The notes under the pieces are model-generated. The model saw nothing but the letters and a program-made list of their open reading frames with translations. It was not told the origin of the DNA and did not search any database. The position numbers and the translations under genes were made by a program. This document shows, in pieces, positions 1 through 9,091 of a stretch of 64,000 nt of DNA. The DNA is from Klebsiella pneumoniae (GTDB taxonomy: Bacteria; Pseudomonadota; Gammaproteobacteria; Eutrophobiales; Eutrophobiaceae): NCBI GenBank assembly GCA_945878555.1, contig CAMDWI010000010.1:6559-70558 (forward strand), in the 5' to 3' direction. The number at the start of each line of letters is the position of its first letter. Position 1 is the first letter of the stretch.

Positions 1-392
<392 letters not shown>

Positions 393-407
393 TGTATTCG
401 TGTCAGG

Positions 408-436
408 TTGACAATCATCCACAACAGGCATAGCGT
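408..436 (+). promoter_or_regulatory. Possible sigma70-type promoter for the first amidohydrolase gene (TTGACA -35; weak -10)
   Basis: TTGACA at 408-413 is followed 17 nt later by TAGCGT (431-436), a poor -10. The architecture parallels the better promoter at 2688-2716 upstream of the tandem paralog. Confidence 0.25.
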
Positions 437-491
437 CACAAACTGATTAATCCGCAGTTTTACCTGATGTTCCATATCGAGGGGGGGCCTT

Positions 492-2483
492 ATGATATCC
501 AGGTACAGTGGTAAATTTTCTTCAAAATGGGTGGCCAGCTGTATAGGTTTGATGCTGACGGGGGTAACAGGCATCGATGCCTTCGCGGCACCGGCACCGT
601 ATGCTGATACTGTTATCATCAATGGAAAGGTCATCACCGCCGATTCAGACGATATCAAGGCGATAACCATTGCCGAGGCCATCGCGATCCAGGGTGAACG
701 TATCCTCGCTGTAGGCACGAATAGCGAAATCCAGAAGCTGGTTGCCGACTGGACCGAGGTGGTCGATGCGAAAGGCAACACCGTCACGCCGGGTTATATT
801 GATACTCACAATCATATCTACGAGACTTCTACCGGTTTTCCGTGGGTCGTTAAATCTATCCCGGACCTGCTGGAAATCACGGTTCGAGGCAATACACCAC
901 AAGAACTGACCGACAAGGTGGTTCAGGCCGTTGAGGCGCGGGCGAAGCAGATACCGGCGGGCAAGTGGATCCGCATTGCGATGGGACCTCCGGCAATCGC
1001 CGTGCCGGCGATGAACACGGACCTGCTGAATCGTGCGGCGATCGATAAGGTCGCACCTAACCATCCGGTTTTGATCACCACCCGTGGCGGTTCTATCCTG
1101 AATGGTGCGTCTATTGCGGCTATCGAAGCCTATTATGGTAATGACTTGCCGGCCGATTACTGGATGGTTGATAAAGAACGGGGCTGGTCGGGGGATTATA
1201 CTGACTTCGGGCGTTGTACCAGTCTGGATCTGATTGGTACGCAGGATCAGGAGACCTTTAACAAGTACATCAAGGGTTACTTCGAAGTCATGCAGGCGAA
1301 TGCACAGATAGGTGTGACGACATACAAGAGCCATATCCAGTGCGAAGGCGGATTCAGTGCGACCAATCATATGGATCGTAATGACCTGATGCCGATACGG
1401 ATGGCGTGGGACCATCGTTGGCTGCAACCATTCTCTGACAGTATTGCCGAGTCTTATCGACGTATTGGTGATTTTGTAGGTAGTGGTTCCAACTTCTTCT
1501 TCAGTACCGGCAGTAGTGTTGGTGGTATTGATGCCGGGGGTGTGGGCTGGTGTACTTCAATGGTGGCCAAAAGTCCGGAAATCAAGATGCGTGAGCAGTG
1601 CCCACCTGAGCCGGAGGGTATTGATATCAAGGCGATAGATACATCCAATACCGGGGTTGGTACCGAAACGAAGAACCGGGGCCGTCGTACCGAGCATCTG
1701 GTCACGCTGGCGAAGCTGGCAGCGGAAGGTCGTATGACCAACATCCCTGGCTGGCATTCGGCCGGTGATGGTGCAACCGAGATTATGATGAAAACCTACC
1801 TGCATTATATGCCGCCGGAACGCATCAGGATGCTGCGCACCACGAGCGACCATTGCCATTCCGTGACACCGGAAGAGATCGAGAACGCCGCGCGCACGGG
1901 CCATACTTTTTCCTGTGATGCGACCGAAGTCCCGACCCAGGTCATCAAGGAAGGTTACGGTGAAGAATACCTGACCTGGAATGCGCCGGTCGCCAGTATG
2001 ATGAAGGCCGGTGTGAATACCGTTATCAGCCAGTTTGGTATTGAAACCGAATTGCGTGATTCGCCTTTTGAAGACGGAGTAATGTGGTTGACCCGCAAGA
2101 TCAACGGCGAGACCTGGGGTGTACCGGAAGAGGCTGTGCCGGATAAAATGACTTTGCTGCTGATGATGACCCGCCGTGCCGCCTATCCAATCTGGAAGGA
2201 ACATATGCTCGGATCAATTGAACCCGGTAAAATGGCTGATATTGTCATCCTGAATGGTGACTATATGGCCACACCGGTAGAGGAACTCGATAAGCTGACC
2301 TCAGTGATGACGTTGATTGGTGGCAAGGTATCTTACGAAGCCCCTGAACTGCGGGGTAACACATTCCGTTTTAATACGGCAGATGCGAGCTGGACGATCG
2401 ACATGAAGACACCAACGTCAATCTGGCGCTGGACGGAAGTGCCGAAGATCCCGCCGTTCCTGAACGGAGCCAACGGGTACTGA
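492..2483 (+). CDS. Secreted metal-dependent amidohydrolase (Amidohydro_3 / COG1574-like TIM-barrel hydrolase), tandem paralog 1
   Basis: 663-aa ORF with an N-terminal signal peptide (hydrophobic stretch then AFAAPAP). It has the amidohydrolase metal-binding motif VTPGYIDTHNHIYE (HxH) and the C-terminal GSIEPGKMADIVILNGD signature typical of Amidohydro_3 proteins. It has four paralogs in the window. Confidence 0.85.
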   Translation: MISRYSGKFSSKWVASCIGLMLTGVTGIDAFAAPAPYADTVIINGKVITADSDDIKAITIAEAIAIQGERILAVGTNSEIQKLVADWTEVVDAKGNTVTPGYIDTHNHIYETSTGFPWVVKSIPDLLEITVRGNTPQELTDKVVQAVEARAKQIPAGKWIRIAMGPPAIAVPAMNTDLLNRAAIDKVAPNHPVLITTRGGSILNGASIAAIEAYYGNDLPADYWMVDKERGWSGDYTDFGRCTSLDLIGTQDQETFNKYIKGYFEVMQANAQIGVTTYKSHIQCEGGFSATNHMDRNDLMPIRMAWDHRWLQPFSDSIAESYRRIGDFVGSGSNFFFSTGSSVGGIDAGGVGWCTSMVAKSPEIKMREQCPPEPEGIDIKAIDTSNTGVGTETKNRGRRTEHLVTLAKLAAEGRMTNIPGWHSAGDGATEIMMKTYLHYMPPERIRMLRTTSDHCHSVTPEEIENAARTGHTFSCDATEVPTQVIKEGYGEEYLTWNAPVASMMKAGVNTVISQFGIETELRDSPFEDGVMWLTRKINGETWGVPEEAVPDKMTLLLMMTRRAAYPIWKEHMLGSIEPGKMADIVILNGDYMATPVEELDKLTSVMTLIGGKVSYEAPELRGNTFRFNTADASWTIDMKTPTSIWRWTEVPKIPPFLNGANGY

Positions 2484-2531
2484 TTGAGACCCCGGGTAGC
2501 CGGGTCAATAATTCATATTTTTTGCATGATC

Positions 2532-2557
2532 GGGGGCGGTCAGACCTGACCGCTCTC
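2532..2557 (+). terminator. GC-rich hairpin downstream of amidohydrolase 1 (GCGGTCAG-acc-CTGACCGC); no U-tract
   Basis: Inverted repeat cgggggcggtcagacctgaccgctctcc, read directly from the sequence. A related hairpin follows the second paralog (4818-4843). The missing T-run argues against a canonical intrinsic terminator; it may be an attenuator or a REP-like element. Confidence 0.3.
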
Positions 2558-2687
2558 CGGTCGCTTTACCTCAGCTACTGAATTCCTGTGTATTTCAAAG
2601 AGCTTAGCCTGTTTGTATGGATCGGATACGCGTCTTGCAAGATGGATATTTCAGGTCTGAACACACTAATCCCCGGCACCCGGCAAG

Positions 2688-2716
2688 TTGACATTAGAGT
2701 AAAAGACGCATAATGT
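2688..2716 (+). promoter_or_regulatory. Sigma70-like promoter upstream of amidohydrolase paralog 2
   Basis: TTGACA at 2688-2693. The -10 candidates are CATAAT at 2709-2714 (15-nt spacer) or TAATGT at 2711-2716 (17-nt spacer). It lies ~60 nt upstream of the ATG at 2776. Confidence 0.45.
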
Positions 2717-2775
2717 TTAACGTTAATTTCAGTTGGTTGTTTCAAGGGTTTTCCTTTTATTCAGGGGGTACGACG

Positions 2776-4764
2776 ATGTCCGAGTACAGTGGTAAATTTA
2801 ATTCAAAATGGGCAGGCAGCTGTGTTGGCCTGGTTCTGGCTGGCATATTAAGCGGTGGTGTCTCTGCGGCACCTTCCCCATATGCCGAAACAGTCATCAT
2901 CAATGGCAAGGTCATCACCGCAGATTCAGATGACATCAATGCCGTCACAATTGCAGAAGCCGTCGCAATAAAAAATGACAAGATTATGGCTGTAGGCACA
3001 AACGCCGAGATCCAGAAGCTGGTTGCCGACTGGACCGAAGTTGTTGATGCGAAAGGCAATACGGTCACACCGGGTTATATCGATACCCACAATCATATTT
3101 ATGAGACAGCGACCGGTTTCCCCTGGGTTGTCAAATCAATCCCGGACCTGCTGGAAATTACGGTCAGGGGCAAGACACCGGAAGAACTGACCCAGAAGGT
3201 GATACAGGCTGTTGAGGCCCGTGCCAAGCAGATTCCTGCCGGCAAGTGGATACGCATTGCGATGGGACCACCGGAAACGGCTGTGCCGGCAATGAACAAG
3301 AACCTATTGAATCGTGCGGCGATTGACAAAATCGCCCCGAACCATCCAGTGCTGATTACCACCCGCGGTGGTTCCATCCTGAACGGTGCGTCGATTGCTG
3401 CTATTGAAGCCTATTATGGCAACGAACTGCCGGCCGACTACTGGATGGATGGCAAGGAGCGCGGTTGGTCTGGTGACTATACCGACTTCGGTCGTTGTAG
3501 CAGTCTGGATCTGATAGGTACGCAGGATCAGGAGACCTTTAACAAGTATATCAAGGGTTACTTCGAGGTTATGCAGTCGAATGCGCAGATAGGTGTGACC
3601 ACCTATTCCAGCCATATCCAGTGCGAAGGCGGTTTCAGTGCGACCAATCATATGGATCGTAACGACCTGATGCCGATCCGTATGTCCTGGAACCATCGCT
3701 GGTTACAGCCGTTCTCTGACAGCATTTCCGAGTCCTATCGCCGTATCGGTGACTTTGTCGGTAATGGTTCTGACTTCTTCTTCAGCACCGGTAGCAGCGT
3801 AGGTGGTATCGATGCCGGTGGTGTGGGCTGGTGTACCTCCATGGTTGCCAAGAGCGATGAAATCAAGATGCGTGAACAGTGCCCTCCGGCACCGGAAGGC
3901 ATCGAGCTGAATGCGTGGAAGAACCGCCCGGCGGATGATCCGAGTATTGCCGCAAATCGTGGCCGTCGTACCGAACATCTGGTAACACTGGCAAAGCTGG
4001 CAGCAGAAGGTCGTATGAGCAACATCCCTGGCTGGCATTCAGCTGGTGACGGTGCTACCGAGATCATGATGAAGACCTACCTGCATTATATGCCACCGGA
4101 ACGCATCAAGATGCTGCGTACCCAAAGCGACCATTGTCATTCGGTAACACCGGAAGAAATCGAGATTGCTTCCCGCACCGGTCATACCTTCTCCTGTGAC
4201 GCGACCGAGGTCCCGACCCAGGTTATCAAGGAAGGCTACGGTGAAGAGTATCTGACCTGGAACGCACCGGTTGCCAGTATGATGAAAGCTGGTGTTAATA
4301 CAGTTATCAGTGAGTTCGGTATTCAGGGTGAGTTGCGTGATTCCCCGTTTGAAGATGGTGTTGCCTGGTTAACCCGCAAAATCAATGGCGAGACCTGGGG
4401 TGTGCCTGAAGAGGCTGTGCCAGATAAAATGACACTGTTGCTGATGATGACCCGTTGGGGCGCCTACCCGCTGTGGAAGGAAAATGCTCTGGGTTCGATT
4501 GAGGTTGGCAAGCTGGCTGATATCGTTATCCTCAACGGCGATTATATGGCCACTCCGGTTGAAGAGTTGACCAAGCTGACATCAGTAATGACATTTATCG
4601 GTGGCAAGGTGTCCTATGAGGCCCCTGAACTGAGAGGCAATACCTTCCGGTTCAATACCGCAGATGCGAGTTGGACGATCGACATGAAGACACCAACGTC
4701 AATCTGGCGCTGGACGGAAGTGCCGAAGATCCCGCCGTTCCTGAACGGTGCCAACGGGTATTGA
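2776..4764 (+). CDS. Secreted metal-dependent amidohydrolase (Amidohydro_3-like), tandem paralog 2
   Basis: ORF 2713..4764. I prefer the ATG at 2776 (MSEYSGKFNSKW...) because it aligns with the start of paralog 1 (MISRYSGKFSSKW...). It has a signal peptide and the HxH motif VTPGYIDTHNHIYE. It is about 85% identical to paralog 1 overall, and the last ~33 codons are almost identical at the nucleotide level. Confidence 0.85.
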   Translation: MSEYSGKFNSKWAGSCVGLVLAGILSGGVSAAPSPYAETVIINGKVITADSDDINAVTIAEAVAIKNDKIMAVGTNAEIQKLVADWTEVVDAKGNTVTPGYIDTHNHIYETATGFPWVVKSIPDLLEITVRGKTPEELTQKVIQAVEARAKQIPAGKWIRIAMGPPETAVPAMNKNLLNRAAIDKIAPNHPVLITTRGGSILNGASIAAIEAYYGNELPADYWMDGKERGWSGDYTDFGRCSSLDLIGTQDQETFNKYIKGYFEVMQSNAQIGVTTYSSHIQCEGGFSATNHMDRNDLMPIRMSWNHRWLQPFSDSISESYRRIGDFVGNGSDFFFSTGSSVGGIDAGGVGWCTSMVAKSDEIKMREQCPPAPEGIELNAWKNRPADDPSIAANRGRRTEHLVTLAKLAAEGRMSNIPGWHSAGDGATEIMMKTYLHYMPPERIKMLRTQSDHCHSVTPEEIEIASRTGHTFSCDATEVPTQVIKEGYGEEYLTWNAPVASMMKAGVNTVISEFGIQGELRDSPFEDGVAWLTRKINGETWGVPEEAVPDKMTLLLMMTRWGAYPLWKENALGSIEVGKLADIVILNGDYMATPVEELTKLTSVMTFIGGKVSYEAPELRGNTFRFNTADASWTIDMKTPTSIWRWTEVPKIPPFLNGANGY

Positions 4765-4817
4765 TAGCTGCAGCAGGTTAGTCAGGATGTATAACTAACT
4801 CCCATGTGTTAACGATT

Positions 4818-4843
4818 GGGGGCGGTCTGTAAAGACCGCTCCC
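4818..4843 (+). terminator. GC-rich hairpin downstream of amidohydrolase 2 (GGGGGCGGTCT-gtaa-AGACCGCTCCC); no U-tract
   Basis: Inverted repeat read from the sequence; it is related to the 2532-2557 element. There is no T-run, so terminator function is uncertain. Confidence 0.3.
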
Positions 4844-4874
4844 AAATCGCATTTAGGTGATCGGGGTAATTTGT

Positions 4875-5309
4875 ATGAAAAATTTTGGTCAGTTCACTCT
4901 CTGTACAGTTGCGGTAATGCTGTTCGTCCTTTTACCGTTACGGCTGGTATGGTCTGCTGATGAAAATGCATCAGTGGCCCAGGTCTATCTGGAGTTTGAT
5001 CCTGCGACCGGTCAGTTTGTCTCAGTGCCAGCAACGGCTGAAAACAGTCCGGACGGTGCAAATGGAATGGGTGGTAGCACAGCCCCTCATGCTGCAACAG
5101 CCACACCGGATGCAGCGGGTGCTTCTTCTGCAACGGGTACGGCTGCTGCTGTCACTGCTGCACCGCAATCCCAGGCTGCGGCTGACGGAACTGCCGCCGT
5201 GGACGCATCTGCTCCTGCTGCGGGTGGTCTTTCACCGGTGCTGATCGGTGCTGTAGTCCTGATTGCACTGGGTGGAGTTGTAATGATGATGCGGAAGAAA
5301 ACCGCGTAG
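4875..5309 (+). CDS. Small secreted/anchored protein, amidohydrolase-associated family member A (signal peptide, YLEFDPATGQF motif, Ala/Thr-rich linker, C-terminal TM + RKK tail)
   Basis: ORF 4857 (GTG)..5309. I prefer the ATG at 4875 (MKNFGQFTLCTVAVMLFVLLPLRLVWSA is a good signal peptide). The mature part starts with ...VAQVYLEFDPATGQFVSVPA. An Ala/Thr/Gly-rich low-complexity region follows, then the hydrophobic segment VLIGAVVLIALGGVVMMM and an RKKTA end. The same architecture and motif recur in the ORFs at 29990-30370 and 43270-43644. An Ala-rich ORF can be a frame artefact, but the family recurrence argues that this one is real. Confidence 0.6.
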   Translation: MKNFGQFTLCTVAVMLFVLLPLRLVWSADENASVAQVYLEFDPATGQFVSVPATAENSPDGANGMGGSTAPHAATATPDAAGASSATGTAAAVTAAPQSQAAADGTAAVDASAPAAGGLSPVLIGAVVLIALGGVVMMMRKKTA

Positions 5310-5383
5310 TACAGGTAGTATTTGGCTTTTCTCCAGTGCTGCGGTATGTAGTACTGTAAAAACCAGAAAATTTGAGATACGAC

Positions 5384-5417
5384 CACAATGCCGGCACATG
5401 CCGGCATTGTGCTTTTA
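5384..5417 (+). terminator. Probable rho-independent terminator (perfect palindrome CACAATGCCGGCA-c-ATGCCGGCATTGTG followed by CTTTT)
   Basis: Read directly from the sequence. A 13-bp perfect stem with a short T-run lies ~75 nt after the stop of the small ORF. Confidence 0.5.
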
Positions 5418-5532
5418 ATGACTCCCACCCGACTTTCTGTCGGGTCCACTGTCTGATCACGTGGAGATAGAAATCTATACCGGATAACTTATACTGCCTG
5501 CCTTGATTGAAAATCCGGGTCCGGACGGGAAA

Positions 5533-6615
5533 ATGAACAGCTTGGTAGTAAAACTGGTCCTCGTAATCGTGGTTACGCTGGCAGTAGTGTCAGATATTCC
5601 CCGTCTCGGCGCACATCCACTCAGTCTCAGTTACAGCAGCTTCCGACTGGAGCAGAAACAGGTTGTAGCTGTCTATCGGCTGCCAATTGATGATATGGAT
5701 CTGTTGCTCAGGCTGGATAGCGACATTGATGGTGTAGTAACGATTGAAGAGGCTCGCCGGGCCAGTGAAGCGATACTTGAATATCTGCAAAACTGGACCA
5801 GAATATCCATCAACGGTGAAACAGTCAGTCCACAGTTGCAACTACTCGATATCTGGCAAGATAACGAACAGTTTCCCTATGTGCAGATTAGCGTTCTGTA
5901 TCCATCAGACAACGTCATTATCAAGCTGGACGCAAATGTTAATGTATTGACTGATCTGTATAAATATCATCGTAATCTCGCCGAGTTCATGCTCGGTGAT
6001 CAACGTGAGGAGCATATTTTTTATCTGGGTAATACCTGGACCGGCACTCGTGAGCTGCAACGAACATGGAGTGATGCAGGTCAGTTTATCAAGCTGGGTA
6101 TAGAGCATATATTTGGCGGATACGACCATATTCTGTTCCTGCTGGGTCTGCTATTGGTCGCAGGGAGCCTGCGCAGGCTGGTTGTCATTGTTACATCATT
6201 TACCGTGGCACACAGTATTACGCTGGCATTAAGTGCATTCGGGGTGGTACAACCTGCGGCACAAATGGTTGAGGTGATAGTTGCGCTCAGTATTGCCTGG
6301 GTGGGTCTGGAAAATATGGTTTTCAGCAATTTCAGATACCGCTGGATACTTACGTTTATTTTTGGTCTGGCCCATGGATTTGGTTTTGCCTCCGTGTTGC
6401 AAAATATGAATCTGCAGCGCGAGGGATTGCTGATGGCGCTGCTAACGTTTAATCTGGGTGTAGAAATCGGTCAGCTGTTGATAATCGCTGTATTCTGGCC
6501 CGTGTTGCAACAGCTTGCCAGGACCCGACAACGTGACCTGATCGTAAGGCTTGCCTCGATGGTCATCCTGATATTCGGAACATTATGGTTAGCGGAGAGA
6601 TTGAAATGGTTTTGA
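5533..6615 (+). CDS. HupE/UreJ-family membrane protein (putative metal-ion transporter) with an N-terminal periplasmic extension
   Basis: ORF 5503 (TTG)..6615; I prefer the ATG at 5533 (MNSLVVKLVLVIVV...). The C-terminal half has several TM segments and HupE/UreJ-like motifs (GGYDHILFLLGLLL, then ...GLAHGFGFA...). The N-terminal ~170 aa is soluble. Confidence 0.5.
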   Translation: MNSLVVKLVLVIVVTLAVVSDIPRLGAHPLSLSYSSFRLEQKQVVAVYRLPIDDMDLLLRLDSDIDGVVTIEEARRASEAILEYLQNWTRISINGETVSPQLQLLDIWQDNEQFPYVQISVLYPSDNVIIKLDANVNVLTDLYKYHRNLAEFMLGDQREEHIFYLGNTWTGTRELQRTWSDAGQFIKLGIEHIFGGYDHILFLLGLLLVAGSLRRLVVIVTSFTVAHSITLALSAFGVVQPAAQMVEVIVALSIAWVGLENMVFSNFRYRWILTFIFGLAHGFGFASVLQNMNLQREGLLMALLTFNLGVEIGQLLIIAVFWPVLQQLARTRQRDLIVRLASMVILIFGTLWLAERLKWF

Positions 6616-7388
6616 TGGATACAATCAAGAGAACAGCGACGATGTGGCTGGGTATGACTGTGCTGGCTTTTTTAATGACAGCAAATTGTTCGGCATCCGA
6701 AGTCATATTGACGGCAGACGGACTGAATGTGACCTTGAAACAAATCCAGCGGATACAGCTGGAAAATGACAAGGCCGATGCGGTAGTCCGGGCAGAAGGC
6801 CTGTATCAAATGGGTGTGCTGGTCAAGGATCTGGCCGCCCTGCTCAGTGAGGAAGTAGCCCTTTATGATTCCCAACAAGGAGGGTTGATAAACCTCGCCC
6901 TTGAACGGACAAAGGAGTTGGGGTTTGAGATCCGCTGGCTGGAGGAAAAGAAGCGGTTTATCTACGATGGCAAGGCGTTTTCGGAATCGCTAAAGCTTGA
7001 TCCTGAAGGTACCCATGCCGGCGAGAGTGCCTATTTGATACTGGAGAGCGAGTTTGTCGTTGCTGTAATTGATGATGAGTCAGGATTGCAGCAGGCAGCC
7101 AAACGCAAGACAGAATATATGCAGCGATATCCGGATCATGAAAGGGCCGCCGAGGTAGGGTTGTTACTGGCGATTGATTATCGGGACCTTTGGCGTCATT
7201 ACAAGTCAGTCGCAGATGCAGCAAACGAATCCCGATACCGGGAACTTACCCGGCAGCAATTTCAGCACATGATGGAAAAGTATGCCGGCGCCAGACAGGC
7301 GAAGATAGCGCAGGGTTTGCTCGCGCGATTTGAAACTGAACTGGCACTGCCTGCAAACGATCCGGTTGGGGAATCGGCAGCGGAATAG
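6615..7388 (+). CDS. Hypothetical secreted protein
   Basis: In-frame ATG at 6615 overlaps the upstream TGA (ATGA). It gives the signal peptide MDTIKRTATMWLGMTVLAFLMTANCSA. The alternative ATGs at 6585 and 6606 lie further upstream and would overlap the upstream gene. I recognise no family. Confidence 0.45.
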   Translation: MDTIKRTATMWLGMTVLAFLMTANCSASEVILTADGLNVTLKQIQRIQLENDKADAVVRAEGLYQMGVLVKDLAALLSEEVALYDSQQGGLINLALERTKELGFEIRWLEEKKRFIYDGKAFSESLKLDPEGTHAGESAYLILESEFVVAVIDDESGLQQAAKRKTEYMQRYPDHERAAEVGLLLAIDYRDLWRHYKSVADAANESRYRELTRQQFQHMMEKYAGARQAKIAQGLLARFETELALPANDPVGESAAE

Positions 7389-7473
7389 TCCGGTACGGTC
7401 CGGTGGTTTGCCCGCCCAAACCTTTTGAGCTAGTATCATTTACGGTGGTTTTTTCTATGAACGCGGGGGACAA

Positions 7474-8058
7474 GTGCTTCTATTGAACAGTTACGGTCTG
7501 CGAGCCGTCATGTTGCCTATCTTTATTTGTGGAGTGGTTTTGCTGGCACTCTCGTTATGGTTGCGCCCGGTGTCACAGGCTGAGCAGGCCGCGATGGATC
7601 AGGATTATGAGCGCGCGCTGTCACTATATGCAGTGGCTGAGGCACGCATCAATCAATCAGGCCTGACCCGACGGTTATTCAACGATAGCTACGATGCTGT
7701 ACTCGTCAACCAGTTCCGCATTCTTTATCGTCTTGACAGACTCGACCAGTTACTGGAAATAGCGGCGGCCCATGCCGATAGCGCGGCTGCCCGCTTCTGG
7801 AGCGGTGCCGCACTGTTTGCCCGCGCTGTTGCAGAGACCGAGAAGGAGGCCCAGATTGCATGGCTGGGTCGGGCGAGGGAAGAATTCCGCAGTGCCTTGC
7901 AACTGGTACCAGATGACTGGGATGTAAAATATAACTATGAACTGACCGAGCGTCTGCTGGCGGAATTGCGGGACAAGCCATCACCCCCTGATCAAATCAT
8001 GGAACTGTTGCGGCCGAAACCGAAAGAGGGTGCACCACCCTCCCGACCTGTGGGTTAG
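7474..8058 (+). CDS. Hypothetical membrane-anchored protein (Bat-cluster associated; possibly BatC/TPR-like)
   Basis: GTG start preceded by GGGGGA. The N-terminal TM is LPIFICGVVLLALSLWL; the rest is predicted helical. It sits immediately upstream of the VWA-MoxR-DUF58 cluster. The TPR assignment is only by position and composition. Confidence 0.4.
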   Translation: MLLLNSYGLRAVMLPIFICGVVLLALSLWLRPVSQAEQAAMDQDYERALSLYAVAEARINQSGLTRRLFNDSYDAVLVNQFRILYRLDRLDQLLEIAAAHADSAAARFWSGAALFARAVAETEKEAQIAWLGRAREEFRSALQLVPDDWDVKYNYELTERLLAELRDKPSPPDQIMELLRPKPKEGAPPSRPVG

Positions 8059-8077
8059 GTAACGGATCATCACAGCA

Positions 8078-9091
8078 ATGCCAATGCAGTTTCTCCGGCC
8101 CGAGCTGGCAATCTGGTTACTGCTGTTACCGCTGGTTGGGGTGTTATGGCTATTATATGTTCGGGACAAGAAAAGGTTCAGGGTGCAGGCTGGGTTTGGC
8201 CAGTCACTGCAGGCACAATCCAGCTTCAGCACCGGCCGTAATGAAATCCTGGTGCTGGTCGCGGCGTTTATTGCGGTCACAGCCATAGTACTTGCTGTCA
8301 TGCGTCCGCAGTTGTACCTGGACCGATCGCTGCCAGAGTATGAAAAGCAGGATCTGGTGCTGATCCTGGATCGGTCTGCATCAATGCAGGCACGTGATGT
8401 ACCACCTTCGAGATTCGCCAGGGCGATACAGGAGATCAAGGCTTTTCTTGGCGAGAAGCCGCCGGAGATTGAACGGGTCAGTCTGGTCGGCTTTGCAGGG
8501 ACCGCGATCACACTGTCACATCTGACACGTGACCTGGACACCTTGTTTTTTTTTCTTGACTGGACTGGTGAAGACCCCCGTGTGTATTACGGTACTGATC
8601 TGACCGCGGCGCTGACCAACGCGCTGGAGCTGGTAAAAAAGGACGAGGAACGCGGGAAGGAAACCGTCCCGGCCCGCAAGATTTTTCTGGTGCTGTCCGA
8701 CGGTGATGATCACAGTGAAAAGCTGGTGTCCATGCTGGACCAGCTGCAGCGTAACCAGATCCGGGTGCACAGCATTGGTATAGGATCGGAAACTGCCGTG
8801 CCTATGCCAATTGCGGAAGAAGGTGGAGAGACACAATATCTCGAGGATGAGGAGGGTAACCAATTGACCACACAATTTGACGAATCGACGCTGCGGATGG
8901 TGGCAGACATGACCGGGGGACGTTTTTTCCGTTCCACCACCGGCCATGAACTGGCGGATTTTATCGCCGAGATTGTACGTCAGGAAAAACGTCAGATCGG
9001 ATTCAAACGTTCAGAGGAGTTTATGGACCTGCACATACCCCTGTTATTACTTGCCAGTCTGGCCTCGATTGTTCTGCTGGTGAAAATATGA
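8078..9091 (+). CDS. VWA-domain membrane protein (BatA-like)
   Basis: Two N-terminal TM segments, then a VWA domain with the MIDAS motif LVLILDRSASMQ. The stop overlaps the moxR start (ATGA at 9088-9091). Confidence 0.75.
   Translation: MPMQFLRPELAIWLLLLPLVGVLWLLYVRDKKRFRVQAGFGQSLQAQSSFSTGRNEILVLVAAFIAVTAIVLAVMRPQLYLDRSLPEYEKQDLVLILDRSASMQARDVPPSRFARAIQEIKAFLGEKPPEIERVSLVGFAGTAITLSHLTRDLDTLFFFLDWTGEDPRVYYGTDLTAALTNALELVKKDEERGKETVPARKIFLVLSDGDDHSEKLVSMLDQLQRNQIRVHSIGIGSETAVPMPIAEEGGETQYLEDEEGNQLTTQFDESTLRMVADMTGGRFFRSTTGHELADFIAEIVRQEKRQIGFKRSEEFMDLHIPLLLLASLASIVLLVKI

Noticed and set aside
645-1427. 260-aa ORF on the minus strand inside amidohydrolase 1
   Set aside because: It is fully antisense to a well-supported amidohydrolase gene, has no recognisable motifs and is Arg-rich, which is typical of antisense reading of GC-rich coding DNA.
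4875-5309. The C-termini of the three small proteins as PEP-CTERM, GlyGly-CTERM or LPXTG sorting signals
   Set aside because: The polar-hydrophobic-basic layout resembles those signals, but no PEP, GG or LPXTG motif is shared among the three, and I see no exosortase, rhombosortase or sortase gene in the window. I describe them as a C-terminal TM anchor with a basic tail.
4960-5449. Overlapping ORFs (4960-5244 plus-strand, 5087-5449 and 5152-5460 minus-strand) across the Ala/Thr-rich region
   Set aside because: They are alternative-frame artefacts of the low-complexity GC-rich linker of the small anchored protein; only the 4875-5309 frame has a signal peptide, the conserved motif and the TM/basic tail.
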